Assembly: GCA_963700145.1 (NCBI GenBank)
Contig: OY969474.1
Span: 4,256,001 to 4,320,000, forward strand
Length of the DNA stretch: 64,000 nucleotides
Source: an uncultured Acidobacteriota bacterium
GTDB lineage: Bacteria > Acidobacteriota > Thermoanaerobaculia > Multivoradales > UBA5704
Direction of reading: 5' to 3'
Part shown: positions 20,613-31,278 of the stretch, piece by piece
Layout: the number at the start of each line of letters is the position of its first letter
Position numbering within the stretch: the stretch's first letter is position 1
The notes under the pieces: generated by a model
Told to the model about the DNA's origin: nothing
Database searches by the model: none
Seen by the model: only the letters and a program-made list of their open reading frames with translations
Translations under genes and position numbers: made by a program

Positions 20613-22720
20613 GTGGCGAACACAACTATAGTTTCTGAATACGATTGGGAGTACGACGTCTTCGTCAGCTATACAAGGTTCGACGAAACGCTGACCGGCC
20701 TCGTGCAACACATGACCGAGGCCTTGAGGACTCACTATAAAAGGCTAACCGGCCGCCCATTGCGAATATTCCAGGACACGGAGGCCTTACCCACCGCAGC
20801 GCTTTGGCAGGATCGGATCCTAAGCGCACTCCGCGGCAGCGCTACGTTACTGGCGATCTATACACCATCGTATTTTCAATCGGAATGGTGCGCCCGAGAA
20901 TGGGATTTCTTTCTGGCAATGGAACCAGAACGACGGCAGAAGTTCCACCTGGGCGACTTCGACTCATTAGTATTTCCTATCATAGCTGCAGAGGGCATCA
21001 CTTTTCCCGACGCCTCATCTATCCAGCATACCCGGCAGAGCGAGTTGCAAGCACGACAGGCTCTTCGCTTTGTCGACCTCGATCCTACTAGCTTATCCTA
21101 TGCAAAACATATCGCGACACTCGCCAGGCATCTCGCGCGAATCCTCGCGTTAGTGGCCCAAGTACCTATTTCTGATACCCCTGATGGCGGCTACAAGCCA
21201 CAACTAAACATTCCGCTAGTAACGACCTCCGGACGATCTGACGTTCATAGGCTAACAACCCTTCTAGCAGATGCCGAGTCAGCCATCATTATTGGCGTGA
21301 CAAACGACGAGCTTAGCGTCATTCTTGAACCCTCCCTAAAAGCCAAGCGCCTCAAAGCACGCGATGAAGGTGCCTTTTGGGATAGCTTGCGCATTGTCTT
21401 TCTCGCAGAGGACCTCCTCGCCTTTGTGGAGGATCACTTCACCACCGAAATCTCTAATCCGCGAGAGGCGCATCACCGCCGAGCGCGGCACGCCGGGCAG
21501 ATACAGCGACAGATCATGTCGCTCCTGATACGCCAGGGTGCACCTGGGCATTGGCGTCTCTACGCCTACCCGTACGCCCTTCCCTTCGCAGGCTACCTCT
21601 TTACGATGCCAGATGGCCGACGTATTGTTCAGCTAGAGATTGCCCGGGCCTCGCGAATGCCTGGCGACAATGTCTATATTCAGTTTGTCGATCGTGTGGA
21701 TACTCAGCTTGATGAGGCGTTTAGAGAAGTGGTGTCCTCAAGTCAGGAACAGCACGAGATTGTCCTCATTGGCACACCTGGCGTCGAGCCAGGCAGCTTC
21801 GCGTGTAGAGGTGCTCGTTTCCGTCGCAGCGTGCTTCTAGGAGGGCACAACACAGCCGACTTTCTGCCCTGCATCGTGGCCATCACCTGGCGAGCGTCGT
21901 TACGAGGTGTCGAACCGCTTCTTCAGCTGAACACCCCATCCAACTCTACGCGGGAAATGGGGAAGGCATCCCACGTAAGTGGCTATATCAACGAGCGGGA
22001 CTACTGGGCGGCCCTCCCGACCCAAGCCGACCGGTCCTCGGGTGAGGAGATGTGGCTCACACCTTCGGTCGCGGTCGCTGCATTGCACCGAGAGCTACAA
22101 AGCGACTTCGGCATCGAGGACAGCAGGGGTGCCGTGAATCTAGTTGCCACGGTGCCCTTCTACTACGCTGATAAGGAGAACCTTTTCTTTTTTGTTCTCG
22201 AGCGGGAAATACCAGCGGCGCATTTGTTTAGTGCTAACTCGCGGATGTTCGGTTGGTCTATTGATGAGTTACTCGCTGCTCGCTTTCGTCAAGTACTCCA
22301 AAATGCTATAGCTGCTTTACAGCACCCTCTCACTGCCCGCCAACGGGAGCGAGCCCTGAAGATGCTAACTCTTAATCTTCATGCGCACGGCCAACACGAC
22401 CTGGCTGATATGCTTCATCGACTAGGTGAGAGCCTCGGCAACGACCAAGCGGCGATACTGGCCTTGCACCACGCCGCCGCCAAATGACAGGTCTTCAAAT
22501 TCTCGACGGTGACGAGTTTGAGGTTAACGGTTTGGCGGGCCTGCAATACCGCATCTTTTTCTCACACCTACTTCCACTGTACGCAAAGCTCGGAGTCATT
22601 GGAGCCAGTGCTGAGCTGATGGCTCTAAACACTGATAAGCGGCGAATCCAAGCGGCTGAGTCACTAAGTGAGCTGTACGCTACGGAGGCATATATGCTAT
22701 CGTTACCAATCGAGGTGTAA
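20613..22720 (+). CDS. TIR-domain fusion protein (TIR - alpha/beta middle domain - degenerate Nudix-like C-terminus), frameshift near 22480
   Basis: YDVFVSYTR, IFQD, TPSYFQSEWCAREW (catalytic-type Glu); C-terminal SHVSGYINERD...AALHRELQSDFGI; ORF 22484-22720 is the likely tail. Confidence 0.8.
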
Positions 22721-22723
22721 GAA

Positions 22724-23386
22724 ATGAACGAGATCGGGGCTTTTTTCGACAGAGTCTACGCGAACACCGAACGATATTGGTGGCGCGTACCGCATGCGCA
22801 TTCGACTGTCCCTGAAGACCATGCCGACTCGCTCATCACACAGCAGGTCCTTCGCTTTGCGCGAATGCGAGGAAGTGGGAGAGCGCTCGACCTGGGAGCA
22901 GGTGAAGGGCACGACGCCGTCCGGCTTGCGCTGCTAGGATGGAAGGTCGAAGCAGTCGAGATGAGTCAAAGCGGGGCCAAGAAGACCCAACGTCTCGCAG
23001 AGAGCCTTGGCACAGAGGTCACTGTACACTGTGCTAATGCGGAAACTTTTGAGCCAACCGAAGCTTTTGATTTGATCGTATGTAACGGCCTCCTTCACTA
23101 TGTTACCGATAAGCGAAGGCTCTGCCAGCGCATGCAAGAGTGGACTGTTATAGGCGGACTTAACGCGATTGCGCTTTGGAGCGATTTCACGCCGGTTCCT
23201 GAGTGTCACCGTATCGTCCCAACTTTTCCGGATCGGGAGCGAGGAGAAGTTGTAGCCGCATACAGCCATTGGCAAATCGAGCTGCTATACCTTGAACGGA
23301 ACCGTGTTGACTTGGCACATGCTGATATGCCGAGTCACGTTCACAGCTACATCAAGTTAATCGCGGTAAGGCCGAGTGTCTGCTGA
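22724..23386 (+). CDS. class I SAM-dependent methyltransferase (TehB-like)
   Basis: ALDLGAGEGHDA, VEAVEMS, FDLIVCNGLLHY. Confidence 0.9.
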   Translation: MNEIGAFFDRVYANTERYWWRVPHAHSTVPEDHADSLITQQVLRFARMRGSGRALDLGAGEGHDAVRLALLGWKVEAVEMSQSGAKKTQRLAESLGTEVTVHCANAETFEPTEAFDLIVCNGLLHYVTDKRRLCQRMQEWTVIGGLNAIALWSDFTPVPECHRIVPTFPDRERGEVVAAYSHWQIELLYLERNRVDLAHADMPSHVHSYIKLIAVRPSVC

Positions 23387-23476
23387 GGACAAGCCGTGTT
23401 AGATTGGACCGGCAGGTTCGGGCCCTCGGCCCACGCCCGAGAATTTGGTTCTTAGGAAAGCGAGGAGTACCCAGCG

Positions 23477-23978
23477 ATGGCGACAACCTGGAGAGATGTA
23501 GTTGACGAGAACGATTTTGTTATCGGGCGTGCCCCGAAGGAACATTTCGACGGAGTGACGCTAATCTGCCGGGTCGCCTTCATTATGCTAGCGAACAGTA
23601 AGGGTGAGTTGCTGCTTCACCAACGCTCGTCCAACAAACGGTTCTATCCGTTGCACTGGTCAGGGACTGCTGGCAGGACACCTTCATAGCGGAGAGAGCT
23701 ATGAAGAGGCCGCGCATAGAGAACTTCGAGAGGAGCTTGGAGCCTTCGCCGACCTCGAATTCGTCGGCAAGTTCTACTCGCCCGAGGACCATGAGATGGT
23801 GGGAGTTTTCCTTGGACGCTACGATGGTGAACTGAGGGTCGAGCCTCACGAGGTGGTACAGGTTCGCTACTTCAGCCCAGAAACTCTAGAGCGTGAGCTG
23901 CCTACCATGTTAGTTACTAGCTTTCTGGAGCGCGCACTTCCGTTGATCCTACCTCGGCTGTCGCAACACGCCGAGTGA
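23477..23978 (+). CDS. Nudix hydrolase (IDI/YfcD-like), frameshift near 23675
   Basis: DVVDENDFVIG, LLLHQRSSNKRFYP, Nudix box GHLHSGESYEEAAHRELREELG. Confidence 0.88.
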
Positions 23979-24278
23979 AGCAGACGCTGTCTGGCGATGT
24001 CACGGCGTCTTCAGAGGGAATAGTCAAGAGACTAACACGATGGGACCTCAGTTCGCGTTGTGCCGAGCCTTCAGGGCCGGCAAAATTCGAAGCATGCTTC
24101 GCTGTCACGACGCCGATTTCAGTCAGCACTGCGGCTTCCTGCATGGCGCCTCGATCAGGCCTGCCATTGACTGGGATGCGCTTCCCAGGTAGATTCAGAC
24201 AAGGTCAGAAGATCGGGCATACGGAACACCTCGCCGCCTTTAGCGCAGAATGCACTCACCAGGGAAAGCGGGATACCA

Positions 24279-24789
24279 ATGATTGAGCGGACGCTTATTG
24301 TCATTAAACCCGATGGCTTGGCACGCGGACTCTCGATGGCAATCCTTGCGAGATTCGACATGGTGGGCCTGAAGCTAGAGGCTATCAAGATGATACGGCC
24401 GACTGCGGAGCAGGCAAAACATCACTATCTATATGAGGACATTGCTTCTCGCCATTCCGAAACCGTCTGGATACAACTTATAGAGTACCTTACCGAGGCG
24501 CCGGTGATTGTCGCTGTGTTCTCGGGTGTTTCTGCAATTGAAGTGGCCAGAAAGCTTGTCGGATCGACCGAACCGAGGAATTCACCTCCTGGAACAATTC
24601 GAGGCGATTACTGTCACCAATCCTATGCTGTTTGTGATCGGGCTGGCAAGGCTCGTCCGCAATCTTATACATGCCTCTGCCAACGCAACGGATGCAGAAC
24701 GGGAGATTGCTGTTTGGTTTGCACGAGATGAAATCTTCGCCTATCGAAGGGTTGACGATTTCGAACATTACCTCGGAACGGCAGAATGA
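24279..24789 (+). CDS. ndk: nucleoside diphosphate kinase, frameshift near 24655
   Basis: ERTLIVIKPDG, PGTIRGDY, RNLIHAS (catalytic His), AEREIAVWF. Confidence 0.9.
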
Positions 24790-24793
24790 CATA

Positions 24794-25438
24794 GTGGGCG
24801 ACTTTCTTTCAGAGATTCTTCGCCTCTCCGAGACCCCAACGTGTCGGCTGTCGGTGGAAGCTGCACTAAAGAAACTCGGCGTCCTCAATCCAGATGAGCA
24901 GTTGATATTTCATCGAGACTTGGCTGCTTGGCATCGGAGCGGTGCTGAGACCTACAGCTGCTCCGCCGAGCTGACCATTGCCGGCGCGAGCGGAGCGACG
25001 CTATGCCGCACCCTCATATGTAAGGCTGTCTTCACTTTCGGTCCATTGTCCGATCAGAGCCTTTCGAGATGGTTAGAGCGGTACGCCCTTTTGGCCGAAA
25101 ATGGAGTGCAGGTACCTCATGTATATTTTGCCGATCGCGGGGTAATTGTTCAAGACTATATAGAGCACTCTCTTCCTGACTTTCTAGCAGGCTGCTCGGC
25201 GGAGACTGCGGTCGCGGTCGCAACACAGATCCATCGGCTCGCACAAGTTCTCGACAAGCTCGGGTTCCTACCCGTCATGTTCATTCCCGACTTGCGTATC
25301 GCCTCCGACAGTACATGCTTCGTTGTGGATGTCGGCGAGGATCTTGGCCCTCCCGGCCGTGCACCGAAGGGTGCGCGGAATTCCACACGTCAAGCTGAAG
25401 AATTTTTCGCCAAGCTCGGTGGAGCCACTGCTTGGTAA
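24794..25438 (+). CDS. kinase-like fold protein with degenerate catalytic loop
   Basis: LICKA, GVQVPHVY, GVIVQDYIE, FVVDVGED; no canonical HxD. Confidence 0.5.
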   Translation: MGDFLSEILRLSETPTCRLSVEAALKKLGVLNPDEQLIFHRDLAAWHRSGAETYSCSAELTIAGASGATLCRTLICKAVFTFGPLSDQSLSRWLERYALLAENGVQVPHVYFADRGVIVQDYIEHSLPDFLAGCSAETAVAVATQIHRLAQVLDKLGFLPVMFIPDLRIASDSTCFVVDVGEDLGPPGRAPKGARNSTRQAEEFFAKLGGATAW

Positions 25439-25863
25439 GCGCATGGCAGGCCGGCCTAGCTCCTGAAAAGACCTAGCGCTGCGAAAAAGGCAGCCAGAGT
25501 GCCCATTAATGGATCAAGACCAAAGAATTTCGGAGTGTCCACTTGCCGCCGACTTGTCTCGTAGAGCTAGGCGGGGTTAGCTAGTCCTAAGCGCTACCGA
25601 GCCAACTCGACAGATCAGGTGCTCGGCCTTCGCAGCATCACAGCCCTAGGACGAGGTTCGGCATGATCGATGAGAAACTGCACTAACCGTTCGTCGATCG
25701 GGCGTGAACTATCATGGCGAAAGACGGGTCGTACCCACGGAAAACGCGCAAAGGTGCGCGAATAGGCCATAGATCTCATGCTGGCCGTCAAGGATCGGCT
25801 GTCGGCACATGTTCGGAAGAAGTTGAGCAGACGGTGCGCGCCGGTGATCGGCGCAAGGCGGTC

Positions 25864-26298
25864 TCAGCGCCGCCGCGACTTGACCGGCTCTGACGGGGCG
25901 CTGCGGGTGGGGGCTTGGTGGGCTAGAAGGTCCCGGATCTCGCCGAGGAATCGCTGCAGCTCCTGCGACATCGCGGCTGGCCCCTCCGGCGGCAGGGCGT
26001 GGGCCTTCGGGTTGAAGACCTGGAGCTTGCGGCCGGTTGGGCTCGGGGCGGCGGACTCCGGGGGGTAGGCGAGGTTGAAGAACTCGGCGGGGCGCAGCTC
26101 GACGGCTTGCAGGATCTCGAGGACGCGCCGCAGCTTGAGCTCGAAGGAGCCGGAGAGGAGCCGCCAGATGTAGCCGGGGCTCTGGCCGATGCGGCGCTCG
26201 ATCTCGGCGGTCGGGACCTCCGACATCTTGATGACCGCCTTGAGCAGCTCGGAGAGGCGAGCGATCTCGGCGGAATGGTCGTCGGGCTTGGCGGGCAC
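25864..26298 (-). CDS. Xre-like HTH transcriptional regulator
   Basis: AEIERRIGQSPGYIWRLLSGSFELKLRRVLEILQAVELRPAEFF. Confidence 0.8.
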   Translation of the reverse strand: MPAKPDDHSAEIARLSELLKAVIKMSEVPTAEIERRIGQSPGYIWRLLSGSFELKLRRVLEILQAVELRPAEFFNLAYPPESAAPSPTGRKLQVFNPKAHALPPEGPAAMSQELQRFLGEIRDLLAHQAPTRSAPSEPVKSRRR

Positions 26299-26340
26299 GG
26301 CAGTTTCGAGACTACAGGATTCTGGCGTCAGGCGCGAGAG

Positions 26341-27402
26341 TTATGGCCCCCGGCGCAGGTCGGCGCCCACCGCTTCGCCGACGCTCGCGAGCCCGTCCCG
26401 CTCCAGCAGCTCCAGCAACTCCTCGTTGATCCGCCGCACGACGCCGGGGCCGCGGTAGACGAGGGCGGTGTAGAGCTGGACCAAGGAGGCGCCGGCGCGG
26501 AGGCGGCGGTAGGCCTCGGCGCCGGAGTCGATGCCGCCGACGGAGATCAGGACCGCGCGGCCGGCGAGGCTTGGCGCCAGCGCCCGCAGCATCCGGTAGC
26601 TCTTCTCGCGCAGCACCTGGCCGGAGAGGCCGCCGCCTTCCTGCGCTCCGGCGAGGAGCGCGTACTCGGTCGTGGTGTTGGTGGCGACGATGCCGGCGGC
26701 GCCGGCGGCGACGGCGGCCTCGGCCAGGGCCACCGCCGTCTCCTCCTGAAGGTCGGGGGAGAGCTTGACCAGGACGGGCTTCTCGGTCACCTCCGCCGCG
26801 GCGGCCAGGACCTCGCCGACGAAGGCCTCGTTCTGGAGGTCGCGCAGGCCGGGCGTGTTGGGGGAGGAGAGGTTGACGACCAGGTAGTCGGCGAGCGGCG
26901 CCAGGCCGCGCAGGAGCTTGCGGTAGTCGGCGAGGGCGTCGCGCGGCGGTGTCGTGCGCCCCTTGCCGACGTTGATGCCGACGGGCAGCGGGTACGGGCG
27001 CTGGGCCGCGAGGCGCGCGGCGAGCGCGGCCATCCCGGCGTTGTTGAAGCCGAGCGCGTTCTGCAGGCTCTCGGCCTCGGGGTGGCGGAAGAGGCGCGGG
27101 CGCGGGTTGCCGGCCTGGGGGTGCGGCGTCACGGTCCCGACCTCGACGAAGCCGAAGCCGAGAGCGGGCATGGCGCCGACGGCGCGGCCGTCCTTGTCGA
27201 AGCCGGCGGCGAGCCCGACCGGGTTGGCGAAGCGCCGCCCGAAGAGCTGCTGCACGAGGCGCGGATCGTCCACCAGGTGTCGCGCCGCCAGCCGCTCGCC
27301 GAGCGACGGCAGCGCCGCCACGGCCCGCAGCCCACGCAGCGCCAGCTCGTGGCCGGCCTCCGGGTCGAGCCGGAAGAGCAGCCCCCTGAGCGGGTAGCTC
27401 AT
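26341..27402 (-). CDS. pyrD: dihydroorotate dehydrogenase (quinone, class 2)
   Basis: NPVGLAAGFDKDG, GTVTPHPQAGNPRPRLFR, VNLSSPNTPGLRDLQ, GGLSG. Confidence 0.96.
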   Translation of the reverse strand: MSYPLRGLLFRLDPEAGHELALRGLRAVAALPSLGERLAARHLVDDPRLVQQLFGRRFANPVGLAAGFDKDGRAVGAMPALGFGFVEVGTVTPHPQAGNPRPRLFRHPEAESLQNALGFNNAGMAALAARLAAQRPYPLPVGINVGKGRTTPPRDALADYRKLLRGLAPLADYLVVNLSSPNTPGLRDLQNEAFVGEVLAAAAEVTEKPVLVKLSPDLQEETAVALAEAAVAAGAAGIVATNTTTEYALLAGAQEGGGLSGQVLREKSYRMLRALAPSLAGRAVLISVGGIDSGAEAYRRLRAGASLVQLYTALVYRGPGVVRRINEELLELLERDGLASVGEAVGADLRRGP

Positions 27403-27469
27403 CGTGGTATCATGTGCCAAGTCTCTGCCCTACAGTCACTTGGTGCGGAGACGGGGTACCGACTCGGAC

Positions 27470-27793
27470 GTGAGCACAGAGACTCCCACCACCATGGCGG
27501 TCGAGATCTTTGGCGCCACGTATCACGTGCGGGGCGGCGACGACAGCGGCGACCTCCAGGAGCTGGCCCGGGTCGTGGACGGCAGGATGCGCGAGCTCGC
27601 CTCGCACGCCTCCACCAGCGATCCGGCGCGGCTGGCCATTCTCGTGGCGCTCAACCTGGCCGACGAGCTGTCGCGCGCCCGCAAACAGCAGGAAGGGGAA
27701 CGGGTCGAGATCAGGGAGAAGATGGCGGAGCTGGCCAGGGGGCTGGAAGCGGCCCTCGAGCGTGAAGGCCGCGGCGCCGCCGACTTGGGATAA
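27470..27793 (+). CDS. zapA: cell division protein ZapA
   Basis: VEIFGATYHV, LARVVDGRM, LAILVALNLADEL; precedes 6S RNA and rny. Confidence 0.9.
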   Translation: MSTETPTTMAVEIFGATYHVRGGDDSGDLQELARVVDGRMRELASHASTSDPARLAILVALNLADELSRARKQQEGERVEIREKMAELARGLEAALEREGRGAADLG

Positions 27794-27806
27794 CATGAGC
27801 GAGTTT

Positions 27807-27989
27807 GCATCCCCTGTGTGGTTTGTGACGGGTTCAACGGTTTTAGAACCAACACGAATCACAAGGGAGTCTTTATCTACGGGACTGTGCCTGCCTCGCA
27901 CCGACGAGGACGCTAATGGCTCGTAGAGCGGACACCCACCTGACGCGCAGGTTCTAACGCGCCAGCCCCCACGGCTGCGCGGGGGATGC
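27807..27989 (+). ncRNA. ssrS: 6S RNA
   Basis: ~183 nt between zapA and rny (known synteny); ends pair (GCATCCCCTGTGTG / TGCGCGGGGGATGC); CCCACCTG motif; TAACAT -10 upstream. Confidence 0.85.
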
Positions 27990-28068
27990 CTTAACTCTCC
28001 TCTTCCGGGGATCTCCCGATCCCGGCCGGGCCCCTCCTGTTCGTCGAATCGAACAGGGGGATGATCCG

Positions 28069-29634
28069 GTGGAAACCGAACTGATCCTGGCCGCGGCGCT
28101 GGTCTTCGCCGGCGTCGTCGTGCCGTTGGTCTGGTGGCTGCTGATGCGGCGGGCGGGCAAGCGGGTGCTCGCCGAGGCCAAGCGCCAGGCCGCCAAGGCC
28201 CTCGAGGAGGCCGAGCGCGACCGCGAGGCGCACCTCCGCGAGGCCGAGCTCGCCGCCAAGGAGAAGCTCCTCCAGGCGCGCAGCGAGTTCGAGAGCGCGT
28301 CGCGCAAGCGGCGCAGCGAGCTCGAGCAGCTCGAGCGGCGGCTGACCCAGAAGGAAGACAACCTCGACAAGCGGACGGGGGAGCTCGCGGGGCGCGAGAA
28401 GGAGCTCAACCAGCAGGAGCGCTCGCAGGTGACGCGCGAGAAGGAGATCGTGCGCCTGGAAGGCGAGCTGACGGCGGCGGTGGCCGAGCAGCGCGGGCGC
28501 CTGGAGCAGATCGCCGGCCTGACCGCCCAGCAGGCGCGCGACGAGCTGATCAAGGGGCTCGAGGACGAGGCGCGGGTCGAGGCGGCGCACATCGTCAAGC
28601 GCCTGGAGGACGAGGCGCGCGAGAGCGCCCACAAGCAGGCGCAGAGGATCATCGGCATGGCGGTGCAGCGCGCCGCCTCCGACTACGTCGCGGAGACCAC
28701 GGTCTCGGTCGTCATGCTCCCCTCCGACGAGATGAAGGGGCGGATCATCGGCCGCGAGGGGCGGAACATCCGCACCCTGGAGGCGGCGACGGGGGTGGAC
28801 CTGATCGTCGACGACACCCCCGAGGCGGTCATCCTCTCGGGCTTCGACCCCTACCGCCGGGAGGTGGCGCGGGTCTCCCTCGAGCGCCTGATCGCCGACG
28901 GCCGCATCCACCCGGCGCGCATCGAGGAGGTCGTCGAGAAGGTCAAGGCGGAGTGCGAGCAGCAGATCCAGGCGGAGGGGGAGGCGGCGCTTTTGGAGCT
29001 GGCGATCGCCGGCATGCACCCGGAGCTGGTCAAGCTCCTCGGGCGCCTGCGCTTCCGCACCTCCTACGGCCAGAACGTCCTCCAGCACAGCAAGGAGGTC
29101 GCGTTTTTGGCCGGCACCATGGCGGCCGAGCTCAAGGCCAACGTCCAGGTGGCGCGCCGCGGCGGCATCCTGCACGACATCGGCAAGGCGATCGACCGCG
29201 AGATGGACGGCACGCACCTGCAGATCGGCATGGACCTGATGCGCAAGTACGGCGAGAGCGAGGATGTGGTCCACGCCATGGCCTGCCACCACGGCGACTA
29301 CGACCCGCAGACCGTGGAGGCCGTCCTGGTGACGGCGGCCGACGCCCTCTCGGCGGCGCGGCCGGGGGCGCGGCGCGAGATCCTCGAGACCTACGTCAAG
29401 CGGCTGGAGAAGCTCGAGGAGATCGCCGGCGGCTTCAAGGGCGTGCAGAAGACCTACGCCATCCAGGCCGGGCGGGAGATCCGCATCATCGTCGACAGCG
29501 GCAAGATCGGCGACGAGCAGGCGCTCTGGCTGTCGAAGGACATCGCGCGGCGGATCGAGGCCGAGCTGACCTATCCGGGCCAGATCAAGGTGACGGTCAT
29601 CCGGGAGACGCGCTCGGTCGAGTACGCTCGGTGA
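28069..29634 (+). CDS. rny: ribonuclease Y
   Basis: N-terminal TM, coiled coil, KH domain ([14 protein letters not shown]), HD domain (LHDIGKA), SAARPGAR. Confidence 0.97.
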   Translation: METELILAAALVFAGVVVPLVWWLLMRRAGKRVLAEAKRQAAKALEEAERDREAHLREAELAAKEKLLQARSEFESASRKRRSELEQLERRLTQKEDNLDKRTGELAGREKELNQQERSQVTREKEIVRLEGELTAAVAEQRGRLEQIAGLTAQQARDELIKGLEDEARVEAAHIVKRLEDEARESAHKQAQRIIGMAVQRAASDYVAETTVSVVMLPSDEMKGRIIGREGRNIRTLEAATGVDLIVDDTPEAVILSGFDPYRREVARVSLERLIADGRIHPARIEEVVEKVKAECEQQIQAEGEAALLELAIAGMHPELVKLLGRLRFRTSYGQNVLQHSKEVAFLAGTMAAELKANVQVARRGGILHDIGKAIDREMDGTHLQIGMDLMRKYGESEDVVHAMACHHGDYDPQTVEAVLVTAADALSAARPGARREILETYVKRLEKLEEIAGGFKGVQKTYAIQAGREIRIIVDSGKIGDEQALWLSKDIARRIEAELTYPGQIKVTVIRETRSVEYAR

Positions 29635-29674
29635 GGCGCGAAGGCTTTCGCGCCGGGCTCCGATCGAGGCGCGC

Positions 29675-30466
29675 GTGAAGCTCCTCTTCGTCGGCGACGT
29701 CGTCGGCCGGCCCGGCCGGCGGGCGGTCGCCGAGATCCTGCCGCGCCTGGTGGACCGCCACCGCGCCGACTACGTGGTCGTCAACGTCGAGAACTCGGCC
29801 GGCGGCTTCGGGGTGACGCCCGAGGTGCTGGCGGAGCTCGACGAGGTGCTGCCGATCGACTGCTTCACCTCCGGCAACCACGTCTGGGACAAGAAGGAGG
29901 GGGTGGAGCTCCTCGCCCGCGAGCCACGGCTGCTGCGGCCGGCCAACTACCCCGACGGCAACCCGGGCAGCGGGCTCCACGTCGGCGAGACCGCGGCGGG
30001 GATCCCGGTGGCGACGATCAACCTCGAGGGCCGGGTCTTCATGACCGCCCTGGAGTCGCCCTTCGTCGTGGCCGATCGCCTCCTCGCCAAGCTCGACGGC
30101 CGCGTCAAGGTGGTGATGATCGACTTCCACGCCGAGGCCACGAGCGAAAAGCAGGCCCTGGCCTTCTACCTCGACGGCCGGGTGAGCGCGGTGTTGGGGA
30201 CGCACACTCACGTCCCCACCGCCGACGAGCGCGTATTGCCAGGCGGCACGGCGCTGATCACCGACGTCGGCATGACCGGCCCCTACGAGTCGATCATCGG
30301 CGTCCGCGTGGACAAGGTGCTGAAGCGGTTCCTCTTGCAGACGCCGTCGTCCTTCGAGGTAGCGAAGCGGGACGTGCGGCTGGCCGCCGTCGTCGTCGAC
30401 ATCGACGAGGAGACCGGCAAGGCGCGCGGAGTCGAGCGGCTGCTGATTCCCTTTACGGGCGAGTAG
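29675..30466 (+). CDS. ymdB: YmdB-like metallophosphoesterase (TIGR00282 type)
   Basis: GDVVGRPGR, NVENSAGG, TSGNH, DFHAEATSEK, GTHTHV. Confidence 0.93.
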   Translation: MKLLFVGDVVGRPGRRAVAEILPRLVDRHRADYVVVNVENSAGGFGVTPEVLAELDEVLPIDCFTSGNHVWDKKEGVELLAREPRLLRPANYPDGNPGSGLHVGETAAGIPVATINLEGRVFMTALESPFVVADRLLAKLDGRVKVVMIDFHAEATSEKQALAFYLDGRVSAVLGTHTHVPTADERVLPGGTALITDVGMTGPYESIIGVRVDKVLKRFLLQTPSSFEVAKRDVRLAAVVVDIDEETGKARGVERLLIPFTGE

Positions 30467-30471
30467 CTGCC

Positions 30472-31245
30472 CTACACCGGCGCCGCGGCCCGCCGGGCCT
30501 CGCGCCAGAAGGCGACGAGGGTGGCTAGGGCGGCGAGGGTGAGGAGGACGCTGACGGCGACCGCTGCGGCGCCCAGGGCCGGGGAGGCGACGTAGAGGAG
30601 GTTGACGTCGGACCGCTCGGCCCAGGTGCGGAACTGTTCGGCCGGAGTCTCCAGGAAGACGTGGGCGAGGGTGGGGACGAGGAAGAGGACGGCGGCGAGG
30701 GCGACGCGCAGGCGCGGGTGGCGGCGGAGGGTGAGGAGCAGGGCGATCAGCGGGTAGACGAGGAGGCTCCAGGTGAAGGGCGTCACCTCGGGCCTGAAGG
30801 GCCAGCCGCTGTGGTCGAAGCGCAGGACGTGGTCGGCGTGGTGGAGGAGCCCGAGCCCGGCGGTCGCGAGGGCCAGCTTCTCGGCGCCGGAGAGCCCGGT
30901 GCGCCTCGCCGGCGCGGCGCGCGCGGCGTCCTCCCGCCGCCAGACGGGGAAGGAGGCGTCCTCCGCGCTCCCCATCGCCTTGATGAACGCCTCGTTGTCG
31001 AAGCCGGGGAGCGCCTGCAGGCGCTCGAGGAGCGCCGGCTCGCCGCTCGCGCCGAGCGGCACGACGCACTTGGCGCCGCCGCCTTCCAGCACCCAGAAGA
31101 CATCCGGCGCGAAGGGGCCGGCGCCGGTCGTCACCACCCGCACCGACTCCAGCGCGGCCCACGAGACGGCGTTGCGCCGGCCGCCCGGATCGACGCAGCC
31201 GGCGTCCTCTTCCGACAGCTCGACGCGGTAGTCGGCTTCGTTCAT
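30472..31245 (-). CDS. two-domain hypothetical membrane protein
   Basis: Soluble N-domain (GPFAPDVFW, LQALPGFDNEA) plus TM region (HHADHVLR..HSGWPF). Confidence 0.6.
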   Translation of the reverse strand: MNEADYRVELSEEDAGCVDPGGRRNAVSWAALESVRVVTTGAGPFAPDVFWVLEGGGAKCVVPLGASGEPALLERLQALPGFDNEAFIKAMGSAEDASFPVWRREDAARAAPARRTGLSGAEKLALATAGLGLLHHADHVLRFDHSGWPFRPEVTPFTWSLLVYPLIALLLTLRRHPRLRVALAAVLFLVPTLAHVFLETPAEQFRTWAERSDVNLLYVASPALGAAAVAVSVLLTLAALATLVAFWREARRAAAPV

Positions 31246-31278
31246 CGCTCCATCCTACCCGGCGCTCGGAAGCGCCGC

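Noticed and set aside
23975-24286. 103-aa ORF between Nudix and ndk
   Set aside because: Overlaps both neighbours but has no motif or convincing composition; could be spacer or remnant.
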